A DNA stretch of 64,000 nt from Acidobacteriota bacterium (GTDB lineage Bacteria; Acidobacteriota; Thermoanaerobaculia; UBA5066; Gp7-AA6), in the NCBI GenBank assembly GCA_031360505.1, contig JANMBR010000107.1, positions 608-64,607 on the forward strand, given 5' to 3'. A program made the translations under genes and the position numbers. Below the pieces are notes generated by a model. The model was not told where the DNA came from, did no database searches, and saw nothing but the letters and a program-made list of their open reading frames with translations. Positions 18,900 to 29,201 of the stretch are shown one piece after another. The stretch's first letter is position 1. Each line of letters begins with the position of its first letter.

Positions 18900-19994
18900 C
18901 TACCTGGCCGGCGCTTCGTTTTCCTCTGCGAACTCGACCAGCGTCAGCACCAGCGCGAGGATCACCGGCCCGAGGAAGAGGCCGATGAAGCCGAAGGCGG
19001 CCAGGCCTCCGAGGACGCCGAAGAACACCGTCAACGTGCCCATTTTGGCCTGCCCCGACACGAGCATCGGGCGCAGGACGTTGTCGGCCGAACCGACGAC
19101 GACGGCGCTCCAGGCGACGAGGAAAATAGTCTTCCAGGCCACGCCCTGGGCCATCAGGTAGAGGGCCGCGGGCACCCAGATGAGCGCGGTGCCGACGAAT
19201 GGAATGAACGAGGCCACGGCCGCGAGGACCCCGAAAACCACCGGCGACGGGACCCCCGTGATCCAGAACCCGACTCCGAGCAGTGCGCCTTGCGCGAGCG
19301 CGGTGAAGACCGTACCGAACACCACCGCCCGCGTCACCTGCTGGAGGTGCTCATCGAGCCGCGCCTTGCGCTTGGGTTCAAGCGGTATGAGGCCGCGGGC
19401 ACGCCCGGCCATCGTGTCGCCGTCCCGGAAGAAGAAGAAAAGGATGAAGAGCGTCAGCGTCAGGTTTCCGAAGATGCCGAGCGCCCCGAAGAGCACGTCG
19501 CGGCTGTGCGAGAGCAGGAACTGCACTGCGCTCTGCACTCCCTGCACCGCCCAACCCTGGACCTGCGCGCCGTTGATGCCCGTGTGCTGCTCGAGCCACT
19601 GCACGCCGCCGCCGATCACGGGTAGCCGGAGCACGTCGTCAATTCCGCCGATCTGGTACCGCTGGCCCAGGCGCGAAAGCGCCTGCCCGAGCTCCACCGC
19701 CTGCCGCGCGAACGCCATCATGACCACCGCGGCGGGAGCTGCGATTCCAATCGTCACACCGATCGTCATCACCGCCGCCGCAAGCCCCCTGCGGCCCTTG
19801 AAGCTCTTGCGAAGGCGCCGGTTGAGCGGAAAGAGCATGAACGCGAGGAGGAACGCCCAGTAGATCGACCCGAAGAACGGGCTGAAGATGATGTACAGCA
19901 GGTAGGCCAGGATCGCTACCACGGCAAGGCCGAACACGCGGGTCGAAAACTGGTCCTGTTGCGGCAAGAAACCTCCGTGATCGGATGCTAGCAT
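18900..19994 (-). CDS. AI-2E family transporter (PerM/YhhT-like permease)
   Basis: Eight hydrophobic segments. Conserved 'SFIPFVGTALIWVPAAL' and 'VLRPMLVSGQ' motifs of UPF0118/AI-2E. Confidence 0.85.
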   Translation of the reverse strand: MLASDHGGFLPQQDQFSTRVFGLAVVAILAYLLYIIFSPFFGSIYWAFLLAFMLFPLNRRLRKSFKGRRGLAAAVMTIGVTIGIAAPAAVVMMAFARQAVELGQALSRLGQRYQIGGIDDVLRLPVIGGGVQWLEQHTGINGAQVQGWAVQGVQSAVQFLLSHSRDVLFGALGIFGNLTLTLFILFFFFRDGDTMAGRARGLIPLEPKRKARLDEHLQQVTRAVVFGTVFTALAQGALLGVGFWITGVPSPVVFGVLAAVASFIPFVGTALIWVPAALYLMAQGVAWKTIFLVAWSAVVVGSADNVLRPMLVSGQAKMGTLTVFFGVLGGLAAFGFIGLFLGPVILALVLTLVEFAEENEAPAR

Positions 19995-21037
19995 CCGCCG
20001 CCATGAACCCGGCGCAAGCTCCCGACCGACTCCTCGCCGCGTGCGTCCTGCGCGAGGAAGCCCTTGTCGCAGGCTTCAGTCGATTCGGCATCGCGCGGGC
20101 CACACAGCCGCCCCGCTTCGAACGATTCGAGGAGTGGATCGACGCGGGGCACCACGCCGACATGCGATACCTCGAGGATACGCGGCAGCTGCGCCGGCAA
20201 CCCGAAGCCCTGCTGCCCGGCGCCCGTTCGGTCGTCTGTCTTGCGGCGCCCTACTCCGCTGCTGCCTACGAAGGGCCGGACGGCGCCCGGTTCGCCCGCT
20301 ACGCGCGCGGGCCCGACTACCACGGCACGCTGCGGGAGCAGGCGCTCGAGGTCGTCGCCCGTTCGCGCCAGCGGCTGTCCGGCGCCTGGCAGACCCGCGT
20401 CTGCGTGGATTCGACGCCGCTCGCCGAGAGGGCATTCGCCGCGGCCGCCGGACTCGGCTGGATCGGCAAGAACGGTTGCCTGATCGACGCCGAGCAGGGC
20501 TCGTACCTGCTCCTCGCCGAAATTCTCACCGACCTCGATCTGCCGCCCGACGCTCCTGCGGCAGAACAGTGCGGCTCGTGCACGCGCTGCCTCGACGCCT
20601 GCCCGACGTCCGCCTTCGTTGCGCCGGGGACGCTCGATGCGGGGCGCTGCATCGCCTACTGGACGATCGAGCATTACGGCGCGGTCCCCGATGCCTGGAA
20701 GGCTGCCGTCGGCGATCACGTCTTCGGGTGCGACATTTGCCAGGAAGTCTGCCCCTGGAATGCTCCCGTGACCCGGCTTGCCGGCCCGGCCTGCGCCGCC
20801 CCTGCCCGGGCGGAGATTCTCGGCATGGGCAGGGGCGCGTGGCGCCGGCGCTTCGGAAAGACCGCCGTCAACCGCGCCGCCCGGCGCGGACTCCAGAGGA
20901 ATGCGGCCCTTTCGGCCGGCGCGAGCGCGGATGCGACGTGCCTGCCCGCGCTGCAGAGCGCGGCCGGCGTGCAGGAGCGCGGCCTGTCGGACGCCGCGCG
21001 ATGGGCGCTCACCCGGCTCGAAGGGCGCCCCCTGTAA
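19985..21037 (+). CDS. queG: tRNA epoxyqueuosine reductase QueG (likely true start is the ATG at 20003)
   Basis: 'GLGWIGKN', the 4Fe-4S ferredoxin motif 'CGSCTRCLDACP...CDICQEVCPWN' and a HEAT-like C-terminus. Confidence 0.85.
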   Translation: MLASAAMNPAQAPDRLLAACVLREEALVAGFSRFGIARATQPPRFERFEEWIDAGHHADMRYLEDTRQLRRQPEALLPGARSVVCLAAPYSAAAYEGPDGARFARYARGPDYHGTLREQALEVVARSRQRLSGAWQTRVCVDSTPLAERAFAAAAGLGWIGKNGCLIDAEQGSYLLLAEILTDLDLPPDAPAAEQCGSCTRCLDACPTSAFVAPGTLDAGRCIAYWTIEHYGAVPDAWKAAVGDHVFGCDICQEVCPWNAPVTRLAGPACAAPARAEILGMGRGAWRRRFGKTAVNRAARRGLQRNAALSAGASADATCLPALQSAAGVQERGLSDAARWALTRLEGRPL

Positions 21038-21071
21038 ACTCTCGCGTCCGGAATCGAAAGGAAGCCCGACC

Positions 21072-22345
21072 ATGGACCAATCGCACACGGCTCTGTATGT
21101 CATTGCGTTCCTGCTCTCGCTCGTATTTTCCGGCTTCTTCGCCGGATCGGAGACGGCCCTGGTGGCCCTCGGCCGCATCGACCTCCAGGCCATGCGCGAA
21201 AAGGGCGACCGGCGCGGCGCCATCATCCGGAACCTGAAGGCCCACACGTCGCGGCTGCTCGCGGTCATCCTCATCGGCCAGAACCTCTTCCTCTCGGCCG
21301 CGTCGGCGTCCGCGACCACCCTGGCGACAGGATGGTTCGGCCCGCAGTACGGGGTCATCCTCTCCGTGCTCTTCTCCACGATCACGCTCTTCATCTTCGC
21401 CGAGATGACGCCCAAGGCGATCGGCGCCGCCTCCCCTGCGGCGGTCGCCCGCGCGGTGGCCATCCCGCTGTCCTGGATGGTCAAAGTCCTCTCTCCCCTG
21501 GCGGAGGTCTGCGTCAAGCTCACGAACTCGATCCTGCGCCTCTTCGGCACTCCCCTCGTGCGGCCGGGCCTGACGGAGGAGGAACTCAAGAGCGTTTTCA
21601 ACCTCGGGGCGGACGAAGGCGTCATCCATCGCGAGGAAAAACGCCTGCTCCACAAGGTGGTCGAATTCGGGGACAAGACCGTTCGCGACATCATGGTGCC
21701 GCGCACGAAGATCGTGGCCCTGCCCGAGACGGCGAGCTTCGCCGACGTGCGGGCCCTCCTGCGGGAGCAGAAGCTCTCGCGCCTGCCCGTCTACCGCGGC
21801 TCGATCGACAACGTCATCGGCATCCTCCACGCCAAGGACCTCTTCGACCTGTCCGATGCCGACGAGCAGAGCTTCGATCTGGCGAAGTACGTGGACCCGC
21901 CCTTCCTCGTCCCCGAGTTCAAGCGGGCCGAGGAGCTCTTTCGCGAGATGCGCCGCCGCCACACGCACATGGCGATCGTCGTCGACGAGCACGGCGGAAC
22001 CGCGGGACTCGCGACCATCGAGGACGCCATCGAGGCGCTGCTCGGACAGATCCAGGACGAATACGACGAGGAGCAGCCGGAGTTCGTCGCGGCCGGCGAC
22101 CGGAACTACCTGCTCGACGGCAGCCTGCGGCTCGACGACCTCGAGGAACAGTTCGGCATCGCCCTTCCGCGCGACGAGGCCGAGACCATCGCCGGCCACC
22201 TGATGCTGCGGTTCGGCCGGATTCCCCGCAAGGGCGAGCGATGGAAGGGCCGTTTTGCCGACTTTGTCATCGAGGATGCGACCCCGACGGCGATCCGAAC
22301 GGTGCGCATGATCCTTCCGGCCGCGCCGGAGAAGAGGGAACTGCA

Positions 22346-22349
<4 letters not shown>
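21072..22349 (+). CDS. CNNM/CorC/HlyC-family transporter-associated protein (DUF21 TM domain, CBS pair, CorC_HlyC domain)
   Basis: 'GSETALVAL...', the CBS-pair region and a C-terminal transporter-associated domain. Start at the ATG for MDQSH; the ORF track has a 5' extension. Confidence 0.85.
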
Positions 22350-23347
<998 letters not shown>

Positions 23348-23359
23348 GCCGACCGTCGG

Positions 23360-23653
23360 CTAATACATCTCCACCTTCGGGATCATCAACGCCCGCACCG
23401 CACAGTTTCCGTTGATTCGCGCCTGGCACCCGAGCCGCCGGCCCTCGCCCATGTCGTAGGCCAGCTCCTGCGGATTGACCGGAGAGAGACTCTCGCTCCC
23501 CACGACGACCTCCACGCGGCAGGTCGAGCAAGTGCCATTGCCGCCGCACACGTGGCTGATCCTGACGCCCAGATCGAGTGCAGCCTGGAGCACCGTGGTG
23601 CCGTCCGCGACCACGCCGGCTTTCCCCTCGTTGACGAAAACGATCGTGGGCAT
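23360..23653 (-). CDS. 2Fe-2S ferredoxin
   Basis: 97 aa with 'CGGNGTCSTCRVEV...C' plant/adrenodoxin-type Cys spacing. Confidence 0.8.
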   Translation of the reverse strand: MPTIVFVNEGKAGVVADGTTVLQAALDLGVRISHVCGGNGTCSTCRVEVVVGSESLSPVNPQELAYDMGEGRRLGCQARINGNCAVRALMIPKVEMY

Positions 23654-24293
23654 GACAATCGCGACCTTGCAGAATCAGGGTAGCACAGCGAATTCGCCAG
23701 GCCGCTTTCCGGCTCGGCCCGACGAGGAGTTCTGGATTGGACGCCCGTTCGACGCCCGCGCGCGCTTCGGCCGCGTTGCCCCGCTCGAGGTCGAGATCGG
23801 CAGCGGTAAGGCCCGATTCCTCGTCGCCTCGGCGCTCGAGCATCCGGCCCACAACTTTCTTGGGCTGGAGCGGTCGCTCTCCTACTACCGCCTCTGCCGC
23901 GAGCGCGTCACGCGCGCCGGGCTCGCCAACGCGGCCATGGTGCGCGCCGACGGGCGCCTGTTCGTCGAGACCGCTCTGGCCGAGGGCTCCGTGCGCGCCT
24001 TCCATGTGTACTTCCCCGACCCGTGGCCGAAGAAGAAGCAGAAGAAGCGCCGCCTGCTCGACGGCGTCTTCCTCGAGACGGCCGCCGGACGGCTCGAGCC
24101 GGGCGGAATCCTCCGCATTGCCACCGACCACCCGGACTACGGCGCGCACCTCGAGACCGTCGTCGAAACCGTGCCTCCACTCGAGCGGCTGGCCTGGGAC
24201 GCCTTCCCGCTGCCCCCGCCGACGAACTACGAGATCAAGTACGAGCGGGAGGGCCGGCCGATCTGGAGGTTCCTGCTCCGCAGGAGATCCTAG
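23652..24293 (+). CDS. trmB: tRNA (guanine46-N7)-methyltransferase TrmB (start uncertain)
   Basis: 'LEVEIGSGKARFLV', 'AFHVYFPDPWPKKKQKKRR' and 'ILRIATDHPDY' are diagnostic TrmB motifs. Confidence 0.75.
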   Translation: MTIATLQNQGSTANSPGRFPARPDEEFWIGRPFDARARFGRVAPLEVEIGSGKARFLVASALEHPAHNFLGLERSLSYYRLCRERVTRAGLANAAMVRADGRLFVETALAEGSVRAFHVYFPDPWPKKKQKKRRLLDGVFLETAAGRLEPGGILRIATDHPDYGAHLETVVETVPPLERLAWDAFPLPPPTNYEIKYEREGRPIWRFLLRRRS

Positions 24294-24844
24294 GGCTTCT
24301 CGGGCCCGGCCAGGACGATCCGCCGCAAGAATCGCACGAAGTACTCGGTCCCCGAACCCAACGCGACGGCGACGACGAGCCAGAGCGCGACCAGGCCCGG
24401 CCCGGCGAACATCTTGTGCCGCAGCGCCAGGATCAACAGCGAGACTGCGGCAACCTGGGTGAGCATCTTTGCCTTGCCCCAGCCCGACGCCGCGATGATG
24501 ATGCCGCGCCCCGACGCGATCGAGCGCAGGCCCGACACGGCAAACTCGCGGCCAATCACCACGACGACCATCCAGGCCGGCGCCAGGCCGAGCTCCACGA
24601 GCGAGATGAACGCCGCCGAAATGAGCAGCTTGTCCGCGATCGGATCGAGCAAGGTCCCCAGGGTCGTGATCTCGCCGCGGCGGCGCGCGAGCCACCCATC
24701 GAGAAAGTCGGTCGTCACGGCCGTGAGAAAAATCAGCAGCCCCACCGTCTCCCGGCCGTCGAACTTCGTCAGCAGGACGACGACGAGGAACGGGACGAGG
24801 AAGATGCGCAGCAGCGTCAGCGCGTTGGGAAGATTGATCTTCAA
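24290..24844 (-). CDS. pgsA: CDP-diacylglycerol--glycerol-3-phosphate 3-phosphatidyltransferase
   Basis: 'NALTLLRIFLVP...DFLDGWLARRRG...TLGTLLDPIADK' is the CDP-alcohol phosphatidyltransferase motif. Confidence 0.85.
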   Translation of the reverse strand: MKINLPNALTLLRIFLVPFLVVVLLTKFDGRETVGLLIFLTAVTTDFLDGWLARRRGEITTLGTLLDPIADKLLISAAFISLVELGLAPAWMVVVVIGREFAVSGLRSIASGRGIIIAASGWGKAKMLTQVAAVSLLILALRHKMFAGPGLVALWLVVAVALGSGTEYFVRFLRRIVLAGPEKP

Positions 24845-24912
24845 GGTCGTGGCCTCGAACTATAACGTCTTCGCGAGCGCCTCCGGTTTCGGGCCTCGCG
24901 CATAATAGACGG

Positions 24913-26358
24913 GTGAACGTCCCCTGCCCGACGCACTCCGGCCGGCGCGCCCACAAGAGCTGCCACTTCTGCCGGAAGGCGATCTGCCGACTGTGCGAAG
25001 TTCGGATGCGGGGCCACCTGTATTGCTCCGAGCGCTGCGCACGCGACGCCGGGCGCCATGCCGTCTGGCGCAACGTTCGAGGCATCCTCGCCCGGCCCGT
25101 CCCGGCCCGACTGGCGGTCGCCGCCGTGGCCCTGGCCGCAGCGGCTCCGGTCCTTCTGGCCCTTCGGACCGTTCGCGAGCTCGACAGCCTCAACGCGCCC
25201 TCACCCCTTGCCCGTCCGCGGCGCGAGGCTCCCACCGCACGCCTGGATAGCGTGGTCGCGGCTGGAGCGGGCCTGCGACTCGAAGGCTCGGCCTCGGACG
25301 GAACGGCAGTTTTTCTCTTTGCCGGGCCGCAGCTGCTCGGCGCGGCGCCGGTCGAAAACGGTCGATTCCGCTTCGACGGCATTCGCGAGAAGGGGCCCTT
25401 CCGGGTCGGCGCGATGCCGCTGTCCTCGCCGCTGGCCTATGCGCCGGCTCCGCCGCCCGTTCCCGCGCCCGTGGCAGCGGCTCCTGCGCCTGCGCCTTCC
25501 GCCCCCCGCCTGGCGGCCTCGTTGCCACCCCGCCGGCCAACGTCAGCCCCTGCGCTGGTAGCGCCACCCGTCCGCGACGCCGCGCCGCCTCCGGCCATCG
25601 TTGCCCGCGGCCCCTCTCCCCCGGACCTCACGCGAGGGCCCGACGACCGCGCCGACATCCTCGTCTCCTTCGACGCCGGCTCCTCCGACCGCGGCGCCAC
25701 CCAGATTCTCGATGCGCTCTCCGCGCGCGGGATCCGCACCACGATCTTCCTGACCGGCGAATTCATACGCCGTTATCCGGACATCGTGCGCCGGGTCGCC
25801 GCGGACGGGCACGAAGTGGGCAATCACACGGACACTCATCCTCACCTGACGACGTACGCATCCGACGGCAGGCAGGTCACGCGCCTCGGAGTCGACCGCG
25901 CGTTCGTCGCCGGCGAGCTCGCCCGCACCGCCCGGCTCTACCGCGAAGCGACCGGCCGTTCGATGGCGCCGCTCTGGCGGGCGCCCTTCGGCGAGCACAA
26001 TCCCGAGATCCGGCGCTGGGCCGCGGAGCAGGGGTACTGGCACGTCGGCTGGACGGGCGGACGCTCCGGCCTCGACGGCCTCGATTGGGTCACCGACCCC
26101 GCCTCGCGCTCCTACCAGCCGGCCGACCGCCTGCTCGCGCGCCTCGTTCACCACGCCGAGAATGGCGGCATCGTCCTCTTGCACCTCGGCAGCGACCGCG
26201 AAGAGCCGGTCGCTTCGAAGATCGCCATCCTGTTCGACGGCCTGAGGACGCGGGGCTTTCGCTTTGCGCGCGCCTCGGAGTTCCTCGCGCGGCAGGGCTA
26301 CGACGAAGCGAAGCTCGCGGCGTTTCGCGAGACTTCCGGCTCGGGCGCCGCGCGTTGA
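24913..26358 (+). CDS. membrane-anchored polysaccharide deacetylase (NodB/CE4 domain) with an N-terminal Cys-rich zinc-ribbon-like module
   Basis: N-terminus 'CPTH...CHFC...CRLC...YCSERC', one TM helix, a Pro/Ala linker, then NodB motifs 'VSFDAG', 'HEVGNHTDTHPHL' and 'LLHLG'. Confidence 0.75.
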   Translation: MNVPCPTHSGRRAHKSCHFCRKAICRLCEVRMRGHLYCSERCARDAGRHAVWRNVRGILARPVPARLAVAAVALAAAAPVLLALRTVRELDSLNAPSPLARPRREAPTARLDSVVAAGAGLRLEGSASDGTAVFLFAGPQLLGAAPVENGRFRFDGIREKGPFRVGAMPLSSPLAYAPAPPPVPAPVAAAPAPAPSAPRLAASLPPRRPTSAPALVAPPVRDAAPPPAIVARGPSPPDLTRGPDDRADILVSFDAGSSDRGATQILDALSARGIRTTIFLTGEFIRRYPDIVRRVAADGHEVGNHTDTHPHLTTYASDGRQVTRLGVDRAFVAGELARTARLYREATGRSMAPLWRAPFGEHNPEIRRWAAEQGYWHVGWTGGRSGLDGLDWVTDPASRSYQPADRLLARLVHHAENGGIVLLHLGSDREEPVASKIAILFDGLRTRGFRFARASEFLARQGYDEAKLAAFRETSGSGAAR

Positions 26359-27776
26359 CGATTCCCTTCGGCACCGACGGCTGGCGCGGCGTCATCGCCG
26401 ATGACTGCACCTTCGCCGAGATCCGGCGCATCGCCGCCGCCACGGCGCGGTTCTATGCGCAGGACGAGGGCCCCGGCGACCGCAACCGCATCGTGGTCGG
26501 CTACGACACGCGATTCCTCTCGCCGGAGTTCGCGCGCGCGGCCGCGGAGGTGTTTGCCGAGGCGGGAGTCGACGTGCTCCTCTCGGACCGAGCCATCCCC
26601 ACGCCGGCAGTCTCCTTCCACGTGCGCCGCCTGGGCCTGAAGGGCGGGATCGCCATCACCGCGAGTCACAACCCGGGCCGCTACAACGGGTTCAAGGTCA
26701 AGGCGCATTTCGGCGGCAGCGCCCCGCCGCAGGACTACGAGGCAATCGCTGCCGAGGCGGACCGGCCGCTGCCCGCCGCCGCGCGCCGAGGCCGCGTCGA
26801 GGTGCTGGATCTGGCAACCACCTATCGCGAGCGGCTCGCGTCCCTGGTGGACGTCGCGGCGATCCGCGGGTCGCGCCTGTCCGTGCTCGCCGACGCGATG
26901 CACGGGGCGGCGGGCGCGCTGGTCTCGGAGATCTTGTCGGGCGGCGCGGGCCCCTTTCGCGTCGCCTCGTTCCGATCCGAGCGCGACCCGCTCTTCGGCG
27001 GTGTCCACCCCGAGCCGATCGGCGCAAACCTGGCCGCCGCTGCCGAGCGCGTGCGCGCCGGGGGCTTCGATCTCTGCGTTGCCCAGGATGGCGACGCCGA
27101 CCGACTCGGCGTGCTCGACGCGCAGGGCCGCTTCGTCTCGCCGCACCAGGTCCTCGCGCTGCTGCTCCTGCACGTCTTTCGAAACCGGGGCGAGAAGGGC
27201 GGGATCGCGAAGACCTTTTCGACATCCTTCCAGGTGGACCGGATCGCGCGCGCGCTCGGGGCGCCCCTGATCGAGACCGGGATCGGATTCAAGTACGTGG
27301 CCGAGCTCATGAATCGCGGCGAGGCGGTCGCGGGCGGCGAGGAGAGCGGAGGCTATGCCTTCACCTTCCACCTGCCGGAGCGCGACGGCGTCCTCTCCGC
27401 CCTCCTGCTCGTCGAAAGCCTGGCAAAAACGGGCCAGGATCTCTCACAGGCTCTCGCCGCGCTCTCGGCCGAATTCGGCCGCTTCGAATACGGCCGCCGC
27501 GACGTCTACCTGCCCGTCGACCTGATCCGCCGGTACATCTGCGAGGTCCACGACGCGCCGCCCGCCTTGGTCGCCGGCGAGCCCGTGACGGCCGTCCAGG
27601 ACCGCGACGGCGTCAAGTACGTCCTGGGCGACCAGGGCTGGCTGCTGCATCGCCTCTCGGGTACGGAACCGATGGTGCGGCTCTATTGCGAGCACACGGA
27701 TGCGGGCAGGATGCAGCAGATTCTGGGAGAAGCCGAGGGGCGGTTGAGGGACTTCGCGAAGAACGGGAACAGGTAG
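26355..27776 (+). CDS. phosphoglucomutase/phosphomannomutase family protein
   Basis: 'FGTDGWRG', active-site 'TASHNPGRYNGFK', 'DGDADRLG' and 'GEESGG'. TTG start overlaps the upstream stop. Confidence 0.85.
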   Translation: MTIPFGTDGWRGVIADDCTFAEIRRIAAATARFYAQDEGPGDRNRIVVGYDTRFLSPEFARAAAEVFAEAGVDVLLSDRAIPTPAVSFHVRRLGLKGGIAITASHNPGRYNGFKVKAHFGGSAPPQDYEAIAAEADRPLPAAARRGRVEVLDLATTYRERLASLVDVAAIRGSRLSVLADAMHGAAGALVSEILSGGAGPFRVASFRSERDPLFGGVHPEPIGANLAAAAERVRAGGFDLCVAQDGDADRLGVLDAQGRFVSPHQVLALLLLHVFRNRGEKGGIAKTFSTSFQVDRIARALGAPLIETGIGFKYVAELMNRGEAVAGGEESGGYAFTFHLPERDGVLSALLLVESLAKTGQDLSQALAALSAEFGRFEYGRRDVYLPVDLIRRYICEVHDAPPALVAGEPVTAVQDRDGVKYVLGDQGWLLHRLSGTEPMVRLYCEHTDAGRMQQILGEAEGRLRDFAKNGNR

Positions 27777-27791
27777 GCCTGCCTCCCGTTC

Positions 27792-29123
27792 CTAGTTTCT
27801 CCGCTGATCCACCGGCCGATCCTGGTCCGATGCGCGGCGCCTCGGGCGTGGCGGCTCGGTCAGGACCACGCCCTCGCCTTCGAAGCGGATCTTCGGCGGA
27901 CTGGCGATGTCCGGCTGCATGACCTCCTCGAGGAACTGGTCGTCGAGAACCGACGCGACGAGATCGCCGCTCCAGGCCACGAGATCGCGCGAGGAGATGG
28001 AAAGCGGATACTGCGCCGACACCTCGTGCGCGAGCACCGGGCCGCCGACCGAAAAGACCACGCTGCCCTTGCCCTGCACTTTCAGGATGTCGATGCGGCG
28101 GCTGCGCCGAAAGTCGTGGATCGCGTCGAGCCGGAACGTGAGGCCGTGGTCGAGCGCCAGCAGCCGGCTGCCCTCGACGTGCAGCGTCTGCCCTGTCAGG
28201 TCGCGCCTGTAGGCGCGCCGGCCGGAGTCGTTGACGAGCAGCGTCCCGAGGCCCGTCGCCCGCAGGATCCGCTCGAGCGAAGTGCCCGCGAAGGCGGTCT
28301 CCGGCGTGAATCGGAACTTGCCGCTGTACCAGGCCACGCAACCCTTGCGCACGAAGACCGTGCCCCGGGAGGCCACTTCGAGCCCGCCCTCGGGCCGGAT
28401 CTTGAAGAGGGGGCGCGTCTCGGGAGTGGCGACCGCGATCGAGGCCGAACCCTCCGGGACTTCCGGAAACGCCGGGGCAAATCCGGGCTTCTCGACCCCG
28501 GCCGCATCGCTCACCGCCGCCTTCAGCGTCGGCGCCGCGTCCGAGAGCGATCCGCTTCGGGGCGCGCCGTCGCGGCCCGGCCGGCGCAGCGCCTCCTCGA
28601 TCTCCGTGACCCTTCGCCGCGCGCCCGCCACGCGCAGATGCTCGAGCGCGAGCCCGAGCTTGCCGCGCATCTGGTAGAGCAGTCCGAGGTACAGGTGGCT
28701 GCGCAGGTGGCCCGGCGCCAGCTCGATCGCCGACCGGAGCTCCTTTTCGGCCTCGGCGAGCCGGCCGGACTTGAAGAGGATGAGGCCGAGGTTCGACCGC
28801 AGGACTTCCGACGCCGGGTTCTCGGCGACCAGCGTGCGCGCCGCGTTGGCCGCCTCATCGTACCGGCCGCGCTTGAATTCAAGGATCGAAACCAGGTTGA
28901 GGACATCCTCGTCGTGCGGCCGGAGGGTCCGGGCCTGCTCGAGCTCCGTCCAGGCTTCCTCGAAGTGCGCCTCCCGCACCTCGCGCCGCGCGCGATTCAG
29001 GTGCAGGAGGAACAGTCCCTGATCCACGGGGGAAGGATCTCCGGCGGCCGGCACGTGCGCTGCCCGGACTAGTGTCCTGTAACCGAAGTCACGATACCCA
29101 CCCTCTTCGCTCGAAGGATGCAA
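27792..29123 (-). CDS. TPR-repeat / AIM24 (DUF124) domain protein. The true start lies downstream of the repeat element, at <29069.
   Basis: N-terminal TPR repeats ('AEKELRSAIELAPGHLRSHLYLGLLYQMRG'). The C-terminal ~230 aa resemble AIM24/DUF124. Confidence 0.65.
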   Translation of the reverse strand: MHPSSEEGGYRDFGYRTLVRAAHVPAAGDPSPVDQGLFLLHLNRARREVREAHFEEAWTELEQARTLRPHDEDVLNLVSILEFKRGRYDEAANAARTLVAENPASEVLRSNLGLILFKSGRLAEAEKELRSAIELAPGHLRSHLYLGLLYQMRGKLGLALEHLRVAGARRRVTEIEEALRRPGRDGAPRSGSLSDAAPTLKAAVSDAAGVEKPGFAPAFPEVPEGSASIAVATPETRPLFKIRPEGGLEVASRGTVFVRKGCVAWYSGKFRFTPETAFAGTSLERILRATGLGTLLVNDSGRRAYRRDLTGQTLHVEGSRLLALDHGLTFRLDAIHDFRRSRRIDILKVQGKGSVVFSVGGPVLAHEVSAQYPLSISSRDLVAWSGDLVASVLDDQFLEEVMQPDIASPPKIRFEGEGVVLTEPPRPRRRASDQDRPVDQRRN

Positions 29124-29201
29124 GAAGGCCCAAGAGCGAGAGACACGGTGGTCGTCAGAAGCTGCATGGCGCTATGGAGAGTTCGGTGACAGAACACTAG
29201 C
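29069..29201. mobile_element. MITE-like ~133-bp repeat, copy B (inverted relative to copy A)
   Basis: The reverse complement aligns along its whole length with 9884..10015, core '...AGCGCCA..CAGCTTCT.ACGA.CACCGTG.CTCTCGCTCTT...GCCTT.TTGCATC.TTCGAGCG...'. CTAG termini; the right CTAG supplies the TAG stop of the SLT gene. Confidence 0.55.

Noticed and set aside
24289-24294. CTAG shared by the convergent trmB and pgsA stop codons, checked as a possible third copy of the CTAG-bounded repeat
   Set aside because: No TIR-like GTGTYCTGT sequence flanks it. It is only an overlapping stop-codon arrangement.
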